NCBI GenBank assembly: GCA_964368535.1
Contig: CAYJBC010000001.1
Location: 9,800-59,999 of the forward strand
Source: an uncultured Muribaculaceae bacterium
GTDB taxonomy: Bacteria > Bacillota_I > Bacilli_A > RF39 > UBA660
Reading direction: 5' to 3'
DNA: 50,200 nucleotides
The notes beneath the pieces are model-generated. The model was not told where the DNA came from. It worked only from the letters and a program-made list of their open reading frames with translations, and ran no database searches. The stretch's first letter is position 1; each line of letters begins with the position of its first letter. Positions 1 to 8,770 of the stretch are shown in pieces. Made by a program: the position numbers and the translations under genes.

Positions 1-12
1 TATAAATCTATA

Positions 13-993
13 CTATTTTCTTTTTTTTAATACAATTACAGTTATTATTATACTTATAAGAATAATTGACCCAATAACTATTGGAATTATTAAATTAATC
101 TCCTCGTTTTTTTCTTCTATTTCAATATCTGCTGTAATTTCTTTTTCTTCAACATCTTCTTCTACTACAACTTCAGTAAATGCATCTGTTTTTTCAACTA
201 AAGCATAATTACCTTCATTTTCCGCATTAAAAGTATACCCTAAATCTGTTTTAGTTACCTCAAGAAAATTATCAGCATTTATTGTTTTGTCTAAATTAAC
301 TGCGACAATGTTATCTAAATTTTCATTACTTTTAATTGTTACTTCCACTAAATCATCAAACTCTTTAACAGCTTTATAAGTAGTTTCATATCTGTAATCT
401 TCAACTTTAGTAACTTGATATCTTGCACTTAAATCAATAATAGTATCCGAAATTTTTGTTAAATTAGCATCACTAATTTTATCAATATATTTTTCATTAT
501 CACTTTGATCAACAACTATTACATCATAATAAATTTGAGTTATATAATCACCCTCATATGTTAGTCCTTTAGTATATGAATTACTTAAATGAATATTTAA
601 ATCATATTTATCACTACACATATGCATACTATCTGTGTTTTTTATTGTAGTTTCTACATCTAGATTTTCAACTCCATTTTGAACTAATGAATCATCTAAA
701 AACCAATAATAAGTCATATAGTCAGTTGCATTTAAAAGCACTGGGAAACTATATATTTCATTATGCAATGTATCTTCATGAGCTTTAACCATTGATGACT
801 CAATAGACATGTCAACATTTCTAACATACAAATATCCTTCTTTTGGATATATCATGTCCATTTTAGTATAATCTTCATTATATGTCTGTAGGTGGGCATT
901 ACCTTCACTATCAACATGTGGACATGCATAAACATTAAATGGAATAAATATAATAATTAATAAGCTAATTATTTTCTTTTTCATTTGATACAT
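13..993 (-). CDS. Cell-surface protein of unknown function (signal peptide, acidic stalk, C-terminal TM anchor)
   Basis: 326-aa ORF. The N-terminus MKKKIISLLIIIFIPFNVYA looks like a signal peptide, with the likely start at M4 (nt 984). The C-terminus has an E-rich stretch followed by the hydrophobic IIPIVIGSIILISIIITVIVLKKRK. The 5' end overlaps the stop of the upstream YibE/F gene, so the two are probably co-transcribed. No family recognised. Confidence 0.55.
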   Translation of the reverse strand: MYQMKKKIISLLIIIFIPFNVYACPHVDSEGNAHLQTYNEDYTKMDMIYPKEGYLYVRNVDMSIESSMVKAHEDTLHNEIYSFPVLLNATDYMTYYWFLDDSLVQNGVENLDVETTIKNTDSMHMCSDKYDLNIHLSNSYTKGLTYEGDYITQIYYDVIVVDQSDNEKYIDKISDANLTKISDTIIDLSARYQVTKVEDYRYETTYKAVKEFDDLVEVTIKSNENLDNIVAVNLDKTINADNFLEVTKTDLGYTFNAENEGNYALVEKTDAFTEVVVEEDVEEKEITADIEIEEKNEEINLIIPIVIGSIILISIIITVIVLKKRK

Positions 994-2077
994 CCTTTCT
1001 TTTTTTATTTAGTAAAACGAATACAAATATTGTTATTGGTATAGCGAGTAGTAGCCCAGTGCTACCTGCTAATGCTCTAATTAATTCAGTAGCTATAGAT
1101 TCTAAATTAACTATTTCTGTTAACCCTTTATTAAAGCCTACGAATAATAATATTGTAGATAATGAACTACCAGTATATGCAAGTATTAATGTGTTTACCA
1201 TAGTTCCCATAATATCTTTACCAATATTAAATCCAGAATTTATTAATTTTTTATCTGATATTTTAGGATTATGTAATTTTATTTCTGTTAAAGATGAAGT
1301 AAGTTCCATAGCCACATCCATACAAGCACCTAACGCACCAATTATAATTCCAGCGAATAATAAACCTTTAAAATCAAATGTTATGTCACCAGGTAAATAA
1401 AATAACATTTGCTCACTTTCTCCAGCTACTCCAGTTAAATGCATTAAATTCATAAATATAAACGCTATTAAACCTGCAGCTATTAAACCTCCTGCAACTC
1501 CTATAATTGCTATTAGTGTCTTTTTTGAAAAACCAGTAGTAATTAAAAAAGTAAACACGGTTGCTAATACACAAGTAATAATTGAAAGAATTACTGGATT
1601 ATAACCTTCTAAAAGAAGAGGAACTAGTCCAAATATTATCAGCGCTATTGTTATTATTAATGATATAAGGGCCTTAACCCCTTTTAATTTACCTATTACT
1701 ATTACTAATAGACAAAAAAGTATTAGTAATAGAATTATGGAGTTGGATTTTTCATAACTATGAAAATAAAAACTATTTTCTTCTTTAATTAAACTAACAT
1801 TTATATTGTCACCAGCTTTTAACTTTATATCATACTCTGTTCCTGCTAATGTATTAGTTATTATTTCAGTATCACCTTTGTAGTCACCATTTGTTATTTT
1901 TATTTCTAAAGTTTGAACGATGGTTTCGTCATATCTTTTTTCTTCAATTACTTCAATAATTTTGGCGGTATACAAATTAGTTTGAAATTCCTCACTTATA
2001 TTATTTCCTTCAGCATTTACTACTACCGGAAATAATAAAAGGATTAAAAACAAAAATATTTTACCCTTCATATTCAT
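965..2077 (-). CDS. YibE/F-family integral membrane protein
   Basis: 370 aa. Signal-like N-terminus plus a soluble beta-rich domain of about 110 aa, then multiple TM helices. The GALGACMDVAMELTSSLTEI segment is typical of YibE/F proteins (recalled from memory). Confidence 0.65.
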   Translation of the reverse strand: MNMKGKIFLFLILLLFPVVVNAEGNNISEEFQTNLYTAKIIEVIEEKRYDETIVQTLEIKITNGDYKGDTEIITNTLAGTEYDIKLKAGDNINVSLIKEENSFYFHSYEKSNSIILLLILFCLLVIVIGKLKGVKALISLIITIALIIFGLVPLLLEGYNPVILSIITCVLATVFTFLITTGFSKKTLIAIIGVAGGLIAAGLIAFIFMNLMHLTGVAGESEQMLFYLPGDITFDFKGLLFAGIIIGALGACMDVAMELTSSLTEIKLHNPKISDKKLINSGFNIGKDIMGTMVNTLILAYTGSSLSTILLFVGFNKGLTEIVNLESIATELIRALAGSTGLLLAIPITIFVFVLLNKKRKDVSNEKENN

Positions 2078-2639
2078 ATGCCTTTATAACCATTTCTTGA
2101 TGTCTTTCATCTATTCTTCCAAGACCTGGTATTGGACTATTATTAAAATAAATATCCACTACACCAATCATTCCATTACCATTTATACTATCTAAATTAA
2201 TACCTGTTCCAGTAGCTCCAGTTCTATTATCAATAATTTCTCCATACGGATAATTTTCATCTCCAGAATGTTCAAATGGCGCAATTGAAGCTGCTAATTT
2301 TACATCACCTATAGTTACTATTACAGCCCTTCTTATAATACTCCACTCCCCACCTGCAGTAGTAAGTAGTTTTTCTGTATCTTCGCTAGTCATTGTTTCT
2401 ACGTCAGCAATAGTTTCAAAACCTCCTTCAATTCTTCGAACATTGTAAGTGATTCCCGTTTCTATATCTAGAATTTCAGCTTCTAAACCTTCTTCAAATA
2501 ATTCTAAAGCTTCTTCATAGTTCATCAACTCTGAATAAGTATCTTCTGTTTGAAATTCATCTATTTCAACTTCTTTATTGCTACAACCAATCGTAATTAG
2601 TAACATTATTATAAATATTATGTGTTTTATGTTTTTCAT
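2061..2639 (-). CDS. Lipoprotein of unknown function
   Basis: 192 aa. Lipobox-like LLITIGC|SN at residues about 13-19. Overlaps the YibE/F start by 17 nt, giving the operon lipoprotein-YibE/F-surface protein. Confidence 0.6.
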   Translation of the reverse strand: MKNIKHIIFIIMLLITIGCSNKEVEIDEFQTEDTYSELMNYEEALELFEEGLEAEILDIETGITYNVRRIEGGFETIADVETMTSEDTEKLLTTAGGEWSIIRRAVIVTIGDVKLAASIAPFEHSGDENYPYGEIIDNRTGATGTGINLDSINGNGMIGVVDIYFNNSPIPGLGRIDERHQEMVIKAYEYEG

Positions 2640-2708
2640 CTTTTACCTCCTCTTTATTATATCATAGCAAATAAAAATAATATACTTTCGTACATTATTT
2701 TTATTAAA

Positions 2709-2951
2709 TTAAAACATTTTATCTACATTATTAGGTACTTGATCTTTAACTATTTTACCAACTATTTTATCTACTTGTTCATCACTTACTTTTTTGCCTG
2801 TTGCTTTACTTAAAACCGTTATGATTTCTTTAATTGTACTTTCATCTTTCATTTTACCATTTTGTAGTTTATCCGCTAAGGATAGTATTGTATCTTTACT
2901 TACATTAGTTTTCTTTTCTATCTTATTAAAAAGACTATCATTTATTTTCAT
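2709..2951 (-). CDS. spoVIF: Stage VI sporulation protein F-like (SpoVIF/YjcC family)
   Basis: 80 aa. The pattern F.KIEKKT.V..D....LA..LQN...KDE.T.......S.......V......DKIV..I........KMF matches my recollection of B. subtilis SpoVIF. Confidence 0.6.
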   Translation of the reverse strand: MKINDSLFNKIEKKTNVSKDTILSLADKLQNGKMKDESTIKEIITVLSKATGKKVSDEQVDKIVGKIVKDQVPNNVDKMF

Positions 2952-2992
2952 AGGTCCCCCTACGGTAATATATGATAGTCTATTATTTTATT

Positions 2993-3190
2993 CTACAAAA
3001 ATATATCATCTGGTTTTAAATTAAAAACCTTTGCTATTTTTATTGCTGTTTTATAATAAAGATTTCTTTTACAAGTCTCTATTTGACAATAATACGCCGG
3101 GCTTATATTAAGTTCTTCAGCCATTTGTTTTATTGTATATCCTTTAAGTTTTCTTAATTCTATTAATTTTTTAGTATTTATTTCTTCCAT
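2993..3190 (-). CDS. XRE-family helix-turn-helix transcriptional regulator
   Basis: 65 aa. LRKLKGYTIKQMAEELNISPAYYCQIETCKR is a classic Cro/C1-type HTH. Confidence 0.8.
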   Translation of the reverse strand: MEEINTKKLIELRKLKGYTIKQMAEELNISPAYYCQIETCKRNLYYKTAIKIAKVFNLKPDDIFL

Positions 3191-3211
3191 CTAGCTACTC
3201 CCATAATTATT

Positions 3212-3239
3212 ATTTTATCACTTATTGACAATAAGTCAA
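3212..3239 (-). promoter_or_regulatory. Sigma-A-like promoter with overlapping palindromic operator upstream of the XRE gene
   Basis: Minus strand reads TTGACT (3239-3234), a 16-nt spacer, then TAAAAT (3217-3212). The perfect palindrome CTTATTG-n-CAATAAG (3221-3235) lies in the spacer and -35 region. Confidence 0.45.
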
Positions 3240-3243
3240 TGTG

Positions 3244-4545
3244 TTATTCGTCTTTATTTTTAAATTGTAAAATAATTGGAGTACCAGTTAAATCAAAATT
3301 ATCTCTGATTTTATTTTCTAAATATCTGTAATAAGAAAAATGAACTAAATTCTTACTATTTACCTCTAAAGTTATTTTCGGAGGCATACTTCCAGTTTGC
3401 TTAACAAAAAATATTTTAAGTCTTTTACCTTTATAAGAAGGAGCTGGATGTAAATGATATGCTTCGTCTATAACTTTATTAATTTCACTAGTTTTAAGTT
3501 CTTTTTTAGCATTTTCAAATGCTGTAATGATTTCAGGCATTAATGTATGCATTCTTTTTTTATTTAGCGCTGAAACATATACATGTTTAGCAAAAGGTGC
3601 AAATTTAAATTCTTCTTCTAAAAGCATATTCCATTTTTTTATTTCAGTATTTGGATCATTAATTGTATCCCATTTATTTACGCATATAACAACTGATTTA
3701 CCAGCTTCTATAGCATATGATAATATATGTTTATCATGCTCTATGACACCTTCTTCTGCGCTTATTACAAGTACACACACATTACTTCTTTCAATTGCCT
3801 TCATACTTCTAAGTAAACTATACTTTTCTATATTTTCATATACTTTACCTTTTTTACGCATACCTGCAGTATCAATCATAATGTATTCTTCACCATCGTA
3901 TTTAAAAGTTGTATCAACTGCATCTCTAGTAGTACCTGCTATATCTGATACTATTACTCTTTCTTCATTTAAAAGAGCATTAACTAAACTACTTTTACCT
4001 ACGTTTGGTCTACCTATAAAACAAAATTTAAGTTTATCACTTTCCTCAGGAACATATACTGGCAAGTCATTAGTTATTTCTTCAAGTAACTCTTTAAAAC
4101 CTAAATTATGCTCTGCTGAAACACCTACTACTTTTTCAAATCCTAATTCATAGTATTCGTATACATTTTCCATTCTTTTATCGTTATCTAGTTTATTTAC
4201 ACAAACTATAACTTCTTTTTTAGCCTTAAAAAGCATATCCTTAACATAATTATCAGATGCATCAAGACCACTAAGACCATCTACAACAAATATTACTTTA
4301 TCAGCCTCATCGATTGCAAGCTGTGCCTGCATTATTATATCTTTATCAGTTACTTCACTACCTAATTGTATACCACCAGTATCTATTAACTGAAATGTTT
4401 TATCATTATATGTAGCCAAACTAAAAACTCTATCTCTAGTAATACCTGGAGTATCTAGAATAATAGATTTTTTTTCTTTTATAATTCGATTAAAAATTGT
4501 AGATTTACCAACATTTGGCTTACCTATTAAACAAATCGTTTTCAT
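3244..4545 (-). CDS. der: Ribosome-biogenesis GTPase Der (EngA), tandem GTPase domains plus KH-like domain
   Basis: 433 aa. Two P-loops (GKPNVGKST, GRPNVGKSS), two DTPG/DTAG motifs and two NKxD motifs (NKLD, NKWD). Confidence 0.95.
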   Translation of the reverse strand: MKTICLIGKPNVGKSTIFNRIIKEKKSIILDTPGITRDRVFSLATYNDKTFQLIDTGGIQLGSEVTDKDIIMQAQLAIDEADKVIFVVDGLSGLDASDNYVKDMLFKAKKEVIVCVNKLDNDKRMENVYEYYELGFEKVVGVSAEHNLGFKELLEEITNDLPVYVPEESDKLKFCFIGRPNVGKSSLVNALLNEERVIVSDIAGTTRDAVDTTFKYDGEEYIMIDTAGMRKKGKVYENIEKYSLLRSMKAIERSNVCVLVISAEEGVIEHDKHILSYAIEAGKSVVICVNKWDTINDPNTEIKKWNMLLEEEFKFAPFAKHVYVSALNKKRMHTLMPEIITAFENAKKELKTSEINKVIDEAYHLHPAPSYKGKRLKIFFVKQTGSMPPKITLEVNSKNLVHFSYYRYLENKIRDNFDLTGTPIILQFKNKDE

Positions 4546-4556
4546 ATAACCCTTTC

Positions 4557-5129
4557 TTATAGTGAATTATCTAATACTTCGTATACTTCACTTTTCCCTT
4601 TTTTAGTAATTGTTGAAAATGGAATAAAATCACTAATTCCTAAAGTTTCTTTAATTAGTTTATCTTGTTTCATTCTTCCATTTTTAGTTATCTTATCGTA
4701 TTTAGTAGCTATTACTACTATTTCTTTTTCATAAAACTTTAAAAAATTATACATAAGTACATCATCTTCAGTTGGTTTATGTCTATAGTCTACTAACATA
4801 AACACTTTAGATAAGTTATCTCTATTTTTTAAATAATCTTCAATCATTAAACCATATTTTGCTCTTGACTCTTTACCAGTAGCAGCATATCCATATCCTG
4901 GAACATCTACTAAATAAAAATCATCATTTATCATATAAAAATTTAATGTTTGTGTTTTTCCAGGTTTAGAAGAAGTTCTTGCAAAATTCTTTCTTTCCAT
5001 TAATGTATTAATAAAACTACTTTTACCTACATTACTTCTTCCCACTAATAAAAACTCTTTTTTATCCCCTTCAGGATATTGACTAAGTCTTACCGCGATA
5101 ACTGGATCATTAACTTTCTTAATTTGCAT
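4557..5129 (-). CDS. engB: Ribosome-biogenesis GTPase EngB/YsxC
   Basis: GRSNVGKSSFIN, DVPGYGYA and TKYDK motifs. I place the start at ATG 5129 (MQIKKVNDP) behind GGTGA. The track ORF extends to 5174 across a terminator hairpin. Confidence 0.9.
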   Translation of the reverse strand: MQIKKVNDPVIAVRLSQYPEGDKKEFLLVGRSNVGKSSFINTLMERKNFARTSSKPGKTQTLNFYMINDDFYLVDVPGYGYAATGKESRAKYGLMIEDYLKNRDNLSKVFMLVDYRHKPTEDDVLMYNFLKFYEKEIVVIATKYDKITKNGRMKQDKLIKETLGISDFIPFSTITKKGKSEVYEVLDNSL

Positions 5130-5153
5130 AAAAATCACCAAGTTAATTATACT

Positions 5154-5187
5154 AAAAAAGCAAAAAAAAAGCAAATTTGCTTTTTTT
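5154..5187 (-). terminator. Rho-independent terminator-like hairpin after the yqxA-like gene
   Basis: A7-GCA/AATT/TGC-T7 palindrome at 5164-5187, followed on the minus strand by TTGCTTTTTT. Confidence 0.45.
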
Positions 5188-5201
5188 ATTTATATATATT
5201 C

Positions 5202-5528
5202 TTAAAATAAAATATCAAATATATTTATAACTTCATCTAAACCTTCTGAAAATATTTTCATGATTGTATTGTTTAGTCCTTCACCTGCGGTAGTTAATGC
5301 ATTTGAATAATCTTTATCTTCTTTAACAATATATGTATTTAAATCTACCTGTTCACCATTTAAAACATCTTCTTCAAATTCATTTATTTTTTCTTCAGTA
5401 AGCATTACATCTTTACGTACACTAGTTTCGTAATATCCTGTTTGACCAATTATATAAATCATAATAAATATTATAAATAAAACTAGTGTAACTCTTAAAA
5501 AATAATTAGGTTTCTTTTTTTTATCCAT
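5202..5528 (-). CDS. Small membrane protein, YqxA-like by position (immediately downstream of spoIIP)
   Basis: 108 aa with one N-terminal TM. Overlaps the spoIIP stop by 8 nt. In B. subtilis yqxA follows spoIIP. The assignment rests on position and architecture, not on a sequence motif. Confidence 0.4.
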   Translation of the reverse strand: MDKKKKPNYFLRVTLVLFIIFIMIYIIGQTGYYETSVRKDVMLTEEKINEFEEDVLNGEQVDLNTYIVKEDKDYSNALTTAGEGLNNTIMKIFSEGLDEVINIFDILF

Positions 5529-6423
5529 TATTAATCACCTTTTTAATACTTTCTGCTAGATGTGCAAGTGCGCAGTTAACTTCTTCAATAGAGTTATATT
5601 GTCCTCCTACTTCAATGAGTATTGTGTTCGGATGAAAATCTTGATTATATACTCCGTTTACTCCTGTTCCTGTTTTTTCTAAAACTCCTCTTGTAAACTG
5701 TGGATGAATTTTAAGTAATTCTTCATTTATTTTATTTGATAACTCTAAGTTAGCTTCGTAATTTTCATTATCTAACCCTACTACAAACATAAATCTTGCA
5801 CAAGGTTTATCATTTACTATAGTTGTTGTAATTTCATGAGATGCTGAATCACGATGAATATCTATAAAATAGTTTAATGTTTTATATTCTTTTGTAGTAG
5901 ACTCCATTAGTATTCTTGCAGCGTCGTAACTTTTAGAATATGACCATGAATATGTATTAAGGATATCTACTACATTCCCTTTTTCCACGATGCTATAAAC
6001 ATCTAACTCTTTTAGGTATTCACTTAGAATATAGGCAGCGGTTACGGTTGTTGGATTTATATTAAAGGCTTCGTATGACTTATAAGAATATTTTTCAGTT
6101 GGGTGAGCGTTATAAATATAAATAGTTGGGTCCATTAATACTTCACTACTAGTACTTTCTTTTAATACATATTCTTCTTTAGGCATATCAAGTCCAAATG
6201 CATAACTAAATACGAATGAAGCGTTATTAATATTATCTAGATTTAAATCATTATTATTTGTGTTTAAAATCATGCTTATTATTTTTTCATTATCCAAATC
6301 TATAACTAAGTTTTTTAGTATAAAAGTAACAAAAAAATATAATGATATTGCAAATAGAAAAAGAATAAACAATAGTTTAAATAATACAAAATTACGTCTT
6401 TTTTTTCTTAATTTAACTCTCAT
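5521..6423 (-). CDS. spoIIP: Stage II sporulation protein P (SpoIIP-type amidase/endopeptidase)
   Basis: 300 aa. N-terminal TM, then IYIYNAHPTEKY, IDIHRDS and TILIEVGG motifs typical of the SpoIIP family. Divergent from rpsT, as in Bacillus. Confidence 0.8.
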   Translation of the reverse strand: MRVKLRKKRRNFVLFKLLFILFLFAISLYFFVTFILKNLVIDLDNEKIISMILNTNNNDLNLDNINNASFVFSYAFGLDMPKEEYVLKESTSSEVLMDPTIYIYNAHPTEKYSYKSYEAFNINPTTVTAAYILSEYLKELDVYSIVEKGNVVDILNTYSWSYSKSYDAARILMESTTKEYKTLNYFIDIHRDSASHEITTTIVNDKPCARFMFVVGLDNENYEANLELSNKINEELLKIHPQFTRGVLEKTGTGVNGVYNQDFHPNTILIEVGGQYNSIEEVNCALAHLAESIKKVINNG

Positions 6424-6489
6424 ATACCCTCTTTTAGTCTACTATATACTCAAAAAACCAAAAAATATGTCATTTTTAGAGTTATTATC

Positions 6490-6518
6490 TTGAAAATTTT
6501 GTATTTTTTTGATAAAAT
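6490..6518 (+). promoter_or_regulatory. Sigma-A-type promoter of rpsT
   Basis: TTGAAA (6490-6495), a 17-nt spacer ending TGa, then TAAAAT (6513-6518). This gives an extended -10. Confidence 0.55.
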
Positions 6519-6545
6519 TAAATGGCACAAAGGAAGGAGATATAT

Positions 6546-6809
6546 ATGGCTAATATTAAAAGTAGCAAAAAAGCTATTAAAGTTATTGCTAAAAAAACTC
6601 AAAATAACCATGAAGCTAAAGCTAGAGTTCACAATTTAATTAAAAATTTAGAAAAAGCTATTGAGTCTAACGAAACTGAAAAAGCAAATAGTTTATTAAA
6701 AGATTTACAAAAATATATAGATAAAGCAGCAGCTAAAGGATTTGTACCTAAGAATACTGCAGCTCGTCAAAAATCTAGATTAAATGAAAAAGTTAAAAAC
6801 ATGAAGTAA
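6546..6809 (+). CDS. rpsT: 30S ribosomal protein S20
   Basis: MANIKSSKKAIKVIAKKTQNNHEAKARV... Start at ATG 6546 behind AGGAGA. The track ORF begins 24 nt upstream. Confidence 0.93.
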   Translation: MANIKSSKKAIKVIAKKTQNNHEAKARVHNLIKNLEKAIESNETEKANSLLKDLQKYIDKAAAKGFVPKNTAARQKSRLNEKVKNMK

Positions 6810-6833
6810 TAATTGATTGCTTCGTTTTTTTTT
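6803..6833 (+). terminator. rpsT rho-independent terminator
   Basis: 8-bp stem GAAGTAAT/ATTGCTTC (one G-U pair), 5-nt loop, then G + T9. The hairpin contains the TAA stop. Confidence 0.6.
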
Positions 6834-6858
6834 GTTATGATATATATGGTGATATAAA

Positions 6859-7821
6859 TTGAAAAAAATAATAACTATAGTGGTATGTTTAATAATAACT
6901 TTATTAGTTGTATTAAATATTAATACTATAAGTACTTACCTTGCATCTTTTGTTTCTTTAAGCGAACCTAAGATAACTGAAGAAATAAGTCCTTATAAAA
7001 AAAATTATTCATTATCTTATGTAAATAATACTGAAAATTTTATTCCATATTCTTTTCAAGACTTAATGGATATAGTTTATACTTCAATAAATAATAGATG
7101 GACAAACTTTACGTTTTATTGCCCTAGCGAATATGTTCAGTGTCAAAATGATATGGGTATAATTAGTCAAAACTCTACTATTCTTACTCATATAAATAAT
7201 TTTGTACATCCTTACAATAGTTTTACAAATATTAAGATGATTATTTCTGAATCTGGTGAAATAAACTTTAAGATTGATTATCTATATGAAGAAGAAAAAA
7301 TTATTTTAATTGATGATGAAGTAGATAGATTAATTGATGAACTAATTAACAATGAAGATAGTGATGAAGATAAGATAAAAACTATTCACGATCATATAAT
7401 TAATAATGCATCATACGATATTGCTGTAAATAAAAACGAAGAAACAATATATGATTCTTCAACTGCATATGGACCTTTATTTGAAGGCGTAGCTATATGT
7501 AACGGTTATACTGATTTAATGAGTATATTTTTAACTAAAATGGGATATGAAAATTTAAAAGTGGCTACTACACCTGATGAGATTAGTTATGCTAATACTG
7601 GACACATATGGAATATTGTTAAACTAGATGATGAATGGTTTCATATTGATCTTACTTGGGATGACCCTACACTAGATGAAGATCCTACGAGAGAATTTTT
7701 ATATCATACTTATTTTTTAGTTACAACTGAGGAACTTAACGAAGCAGATGAACGTGATGAAAATGAACCAGTACTTGAAGAACATCATTTTAATTTAAGT
7801 ATTTATCCTGAATTAAAATAA
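6859..7821 (+). CDS. Membrane-anchored transglutaminase-like cysteine peptidase domain protein
   Basis: 320 aa with a TTG start behind GGTGAT and an N-terminal TM. Cys-His-Asp core candidates are AICNGYTDL, GHIWNIV and HIDLTWDD. Confidence 0.65.
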   Translation: MKKIITIVVCLIITLLVVLNINTISTYLASFVSLSEPKITEEISPYKKNYSLSYVNNTENFIPYSFQDLMDIVYTSINNRWTNFTFYCPSEYVQCQNDMGIISQNSTILTHINNFVHPYNSFTNIKMIISESGEINFKIDYLYEEEKIILIDDEVDRLIDELINNEDSDEDKIKTIHDHIINNASYDIAVNKNEETIYDSSTAYGPLFEGVAICNGYTDLMSIFLTKMGYENLKVATTPDEISYANTGHIWNIVKLDDEWFHIDLTWDDPTLDEDPTREFLYHTYFLVTTEELNEADERDENEPVLEEHHFNLSIYPELK

Positions 7822-7845
7822 AAAAGCAATTAATTGCTTTTTTTT
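7819..7845. terminator. Bidirectional terminator between the transglutaminase-like gene and miaA
   Basis: A5-GCAA/TTAA/TTGC-T8 palindrome. It overlaps the last codons of miaA. Confidence 0.6.
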
Positions 7846-8681
7846 ATGAAATTAATTACTTCATTAGTTGTTTGATCAAAATCTTCATAATTCACTTCAA
7901 ACCAGTTTACTGGTAATTTATTATTAAACCATGTGAATTGTCTTTTAGCATAATTTCTAGATCGTTTTTTGATTAATTCTATAGCCTCATCTAAACTTAT
8001 ATCATTATTTAAATAATCAATTACTTCTTTATAGCCTATCGCAGAGTTTAATACTCTACTCTTATCTTTGTATTGATATAATGATTTAACTTCATCTAAT
8101 AGTCCATCATTAATCATGTTATCTACTCTTTTATTTATATTTTCATAAAGTACATCTCTAGAGGTTTTTAAACCTATAAATATTGCGTCATATAATTGTT
8201 TATTTCCTGTATTATTACTTTTTCTTTTAATATGTCTAATTAGTCTATGTTTATTATTTAAATCTAAACTCTCAGTGTCACCTTTTTTTATTGCAATTCT
8301 TTGAAGTTCTTCTAAAGAAAGGTTTTCATAATCATTATTATCTATATCTTCATCAAACTTATAATCATATAAACCTGCATTAACATAAAGTCCAGTACCA
8401 CCCACTAATATAATATTTTTATTCTTATTTTTATCTAAAACTATCCTTAAATCTTTTTGATAATCTGCAACAGTATAATTTTCTGTTATATTTTTAATAT
8501 CAAACATTAAATGCTCCGCCTCTTGCATCTCTAGCTTTGACGGCTTAGCGCTTCCTATATTAAGTTCCCTATATATTTGCACTGCATCTGCATTTACAAT
8601 AACTGCATCATATTTCTTTGCAAGACTTATACTTAATTTAGTTTTTCCAACTCCAGTTGGACCAACAATTACAATAATCAT
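7830..8681 (-). CDS. miaA: tRNA dimethylallyltransferase
   Basis: 283 aa. MIIVIVGPTGVGKTKLSI P-loop, AVQIYRELNIGSAKP, LVGGTGLY. Confidence 0.93.
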   Translation of the reverse strand: MIIVIVGPTGVGKTKLSISLAKKYDAVIVNADAVQIYRELNIGSAKPSKLEMQEAEHLMFDIKNITENYTVADYQKDLRIVLDKNKNKNIILVGGTGLYVNAGLYDYKFDEDIDNNDYENLSLEELQRIAIKKGDTESLDLNNKHRLIRHIKRKSNNTGNKQLYDAIFIGLKTSRDVLYENINKRVDNMINDGLLDEVKSLYQYKDKSRVLNSAIGYKEVIDYLNNDISLDEAIELIKKRSRNYAKRQFTWFNNKLPVNWFEVNYEDFDQTTNEVINFIKKSN

Positions 8682-8722
8682 AATTAATCACCTGTAATTT
8701 ATTATAACTTATAATGAATAAA

Positions 8723-8752
8723 TTGACAAATAATGTTTGCAAGTGGTATATT
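8723..8752 (+). promoter_or_regulatory. Candidate sigma-A promoter of tmcAL
   Basis: TTGACA (8723-8728), an 18-nt spacer ending TGg, then TATATT (8747-8752). Confidence 0.45.
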
Positions 8753-8770
8753 TAAGGTGGTGAAATAACT

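Noticed and set aside
3527-4153. 208-aa plus-strand ORF
   Set aside because: It is antisense to der, whose GTPase motifs are unambiguous. Its composition is a low-complexity S/L/I-rich artefact. The same reasoning applies to 1059-1400, 10379-10736, 11891-12154, 18734-18988, 20697-20945, 34351-35085, 38978-39235, 39694-39891, 40389-40619, 42837-43247, 43423-43653 and 47653-47940.
6260-6632. ORFs 6260-6493 (+) and 6450-6632 (-) in the spoIIP/rpsT divergent region
   Set aside because: They overlap the 5' end of spoIIP, the rpsT promoter and the rpsT coding start. They are low complexity and have no SD.
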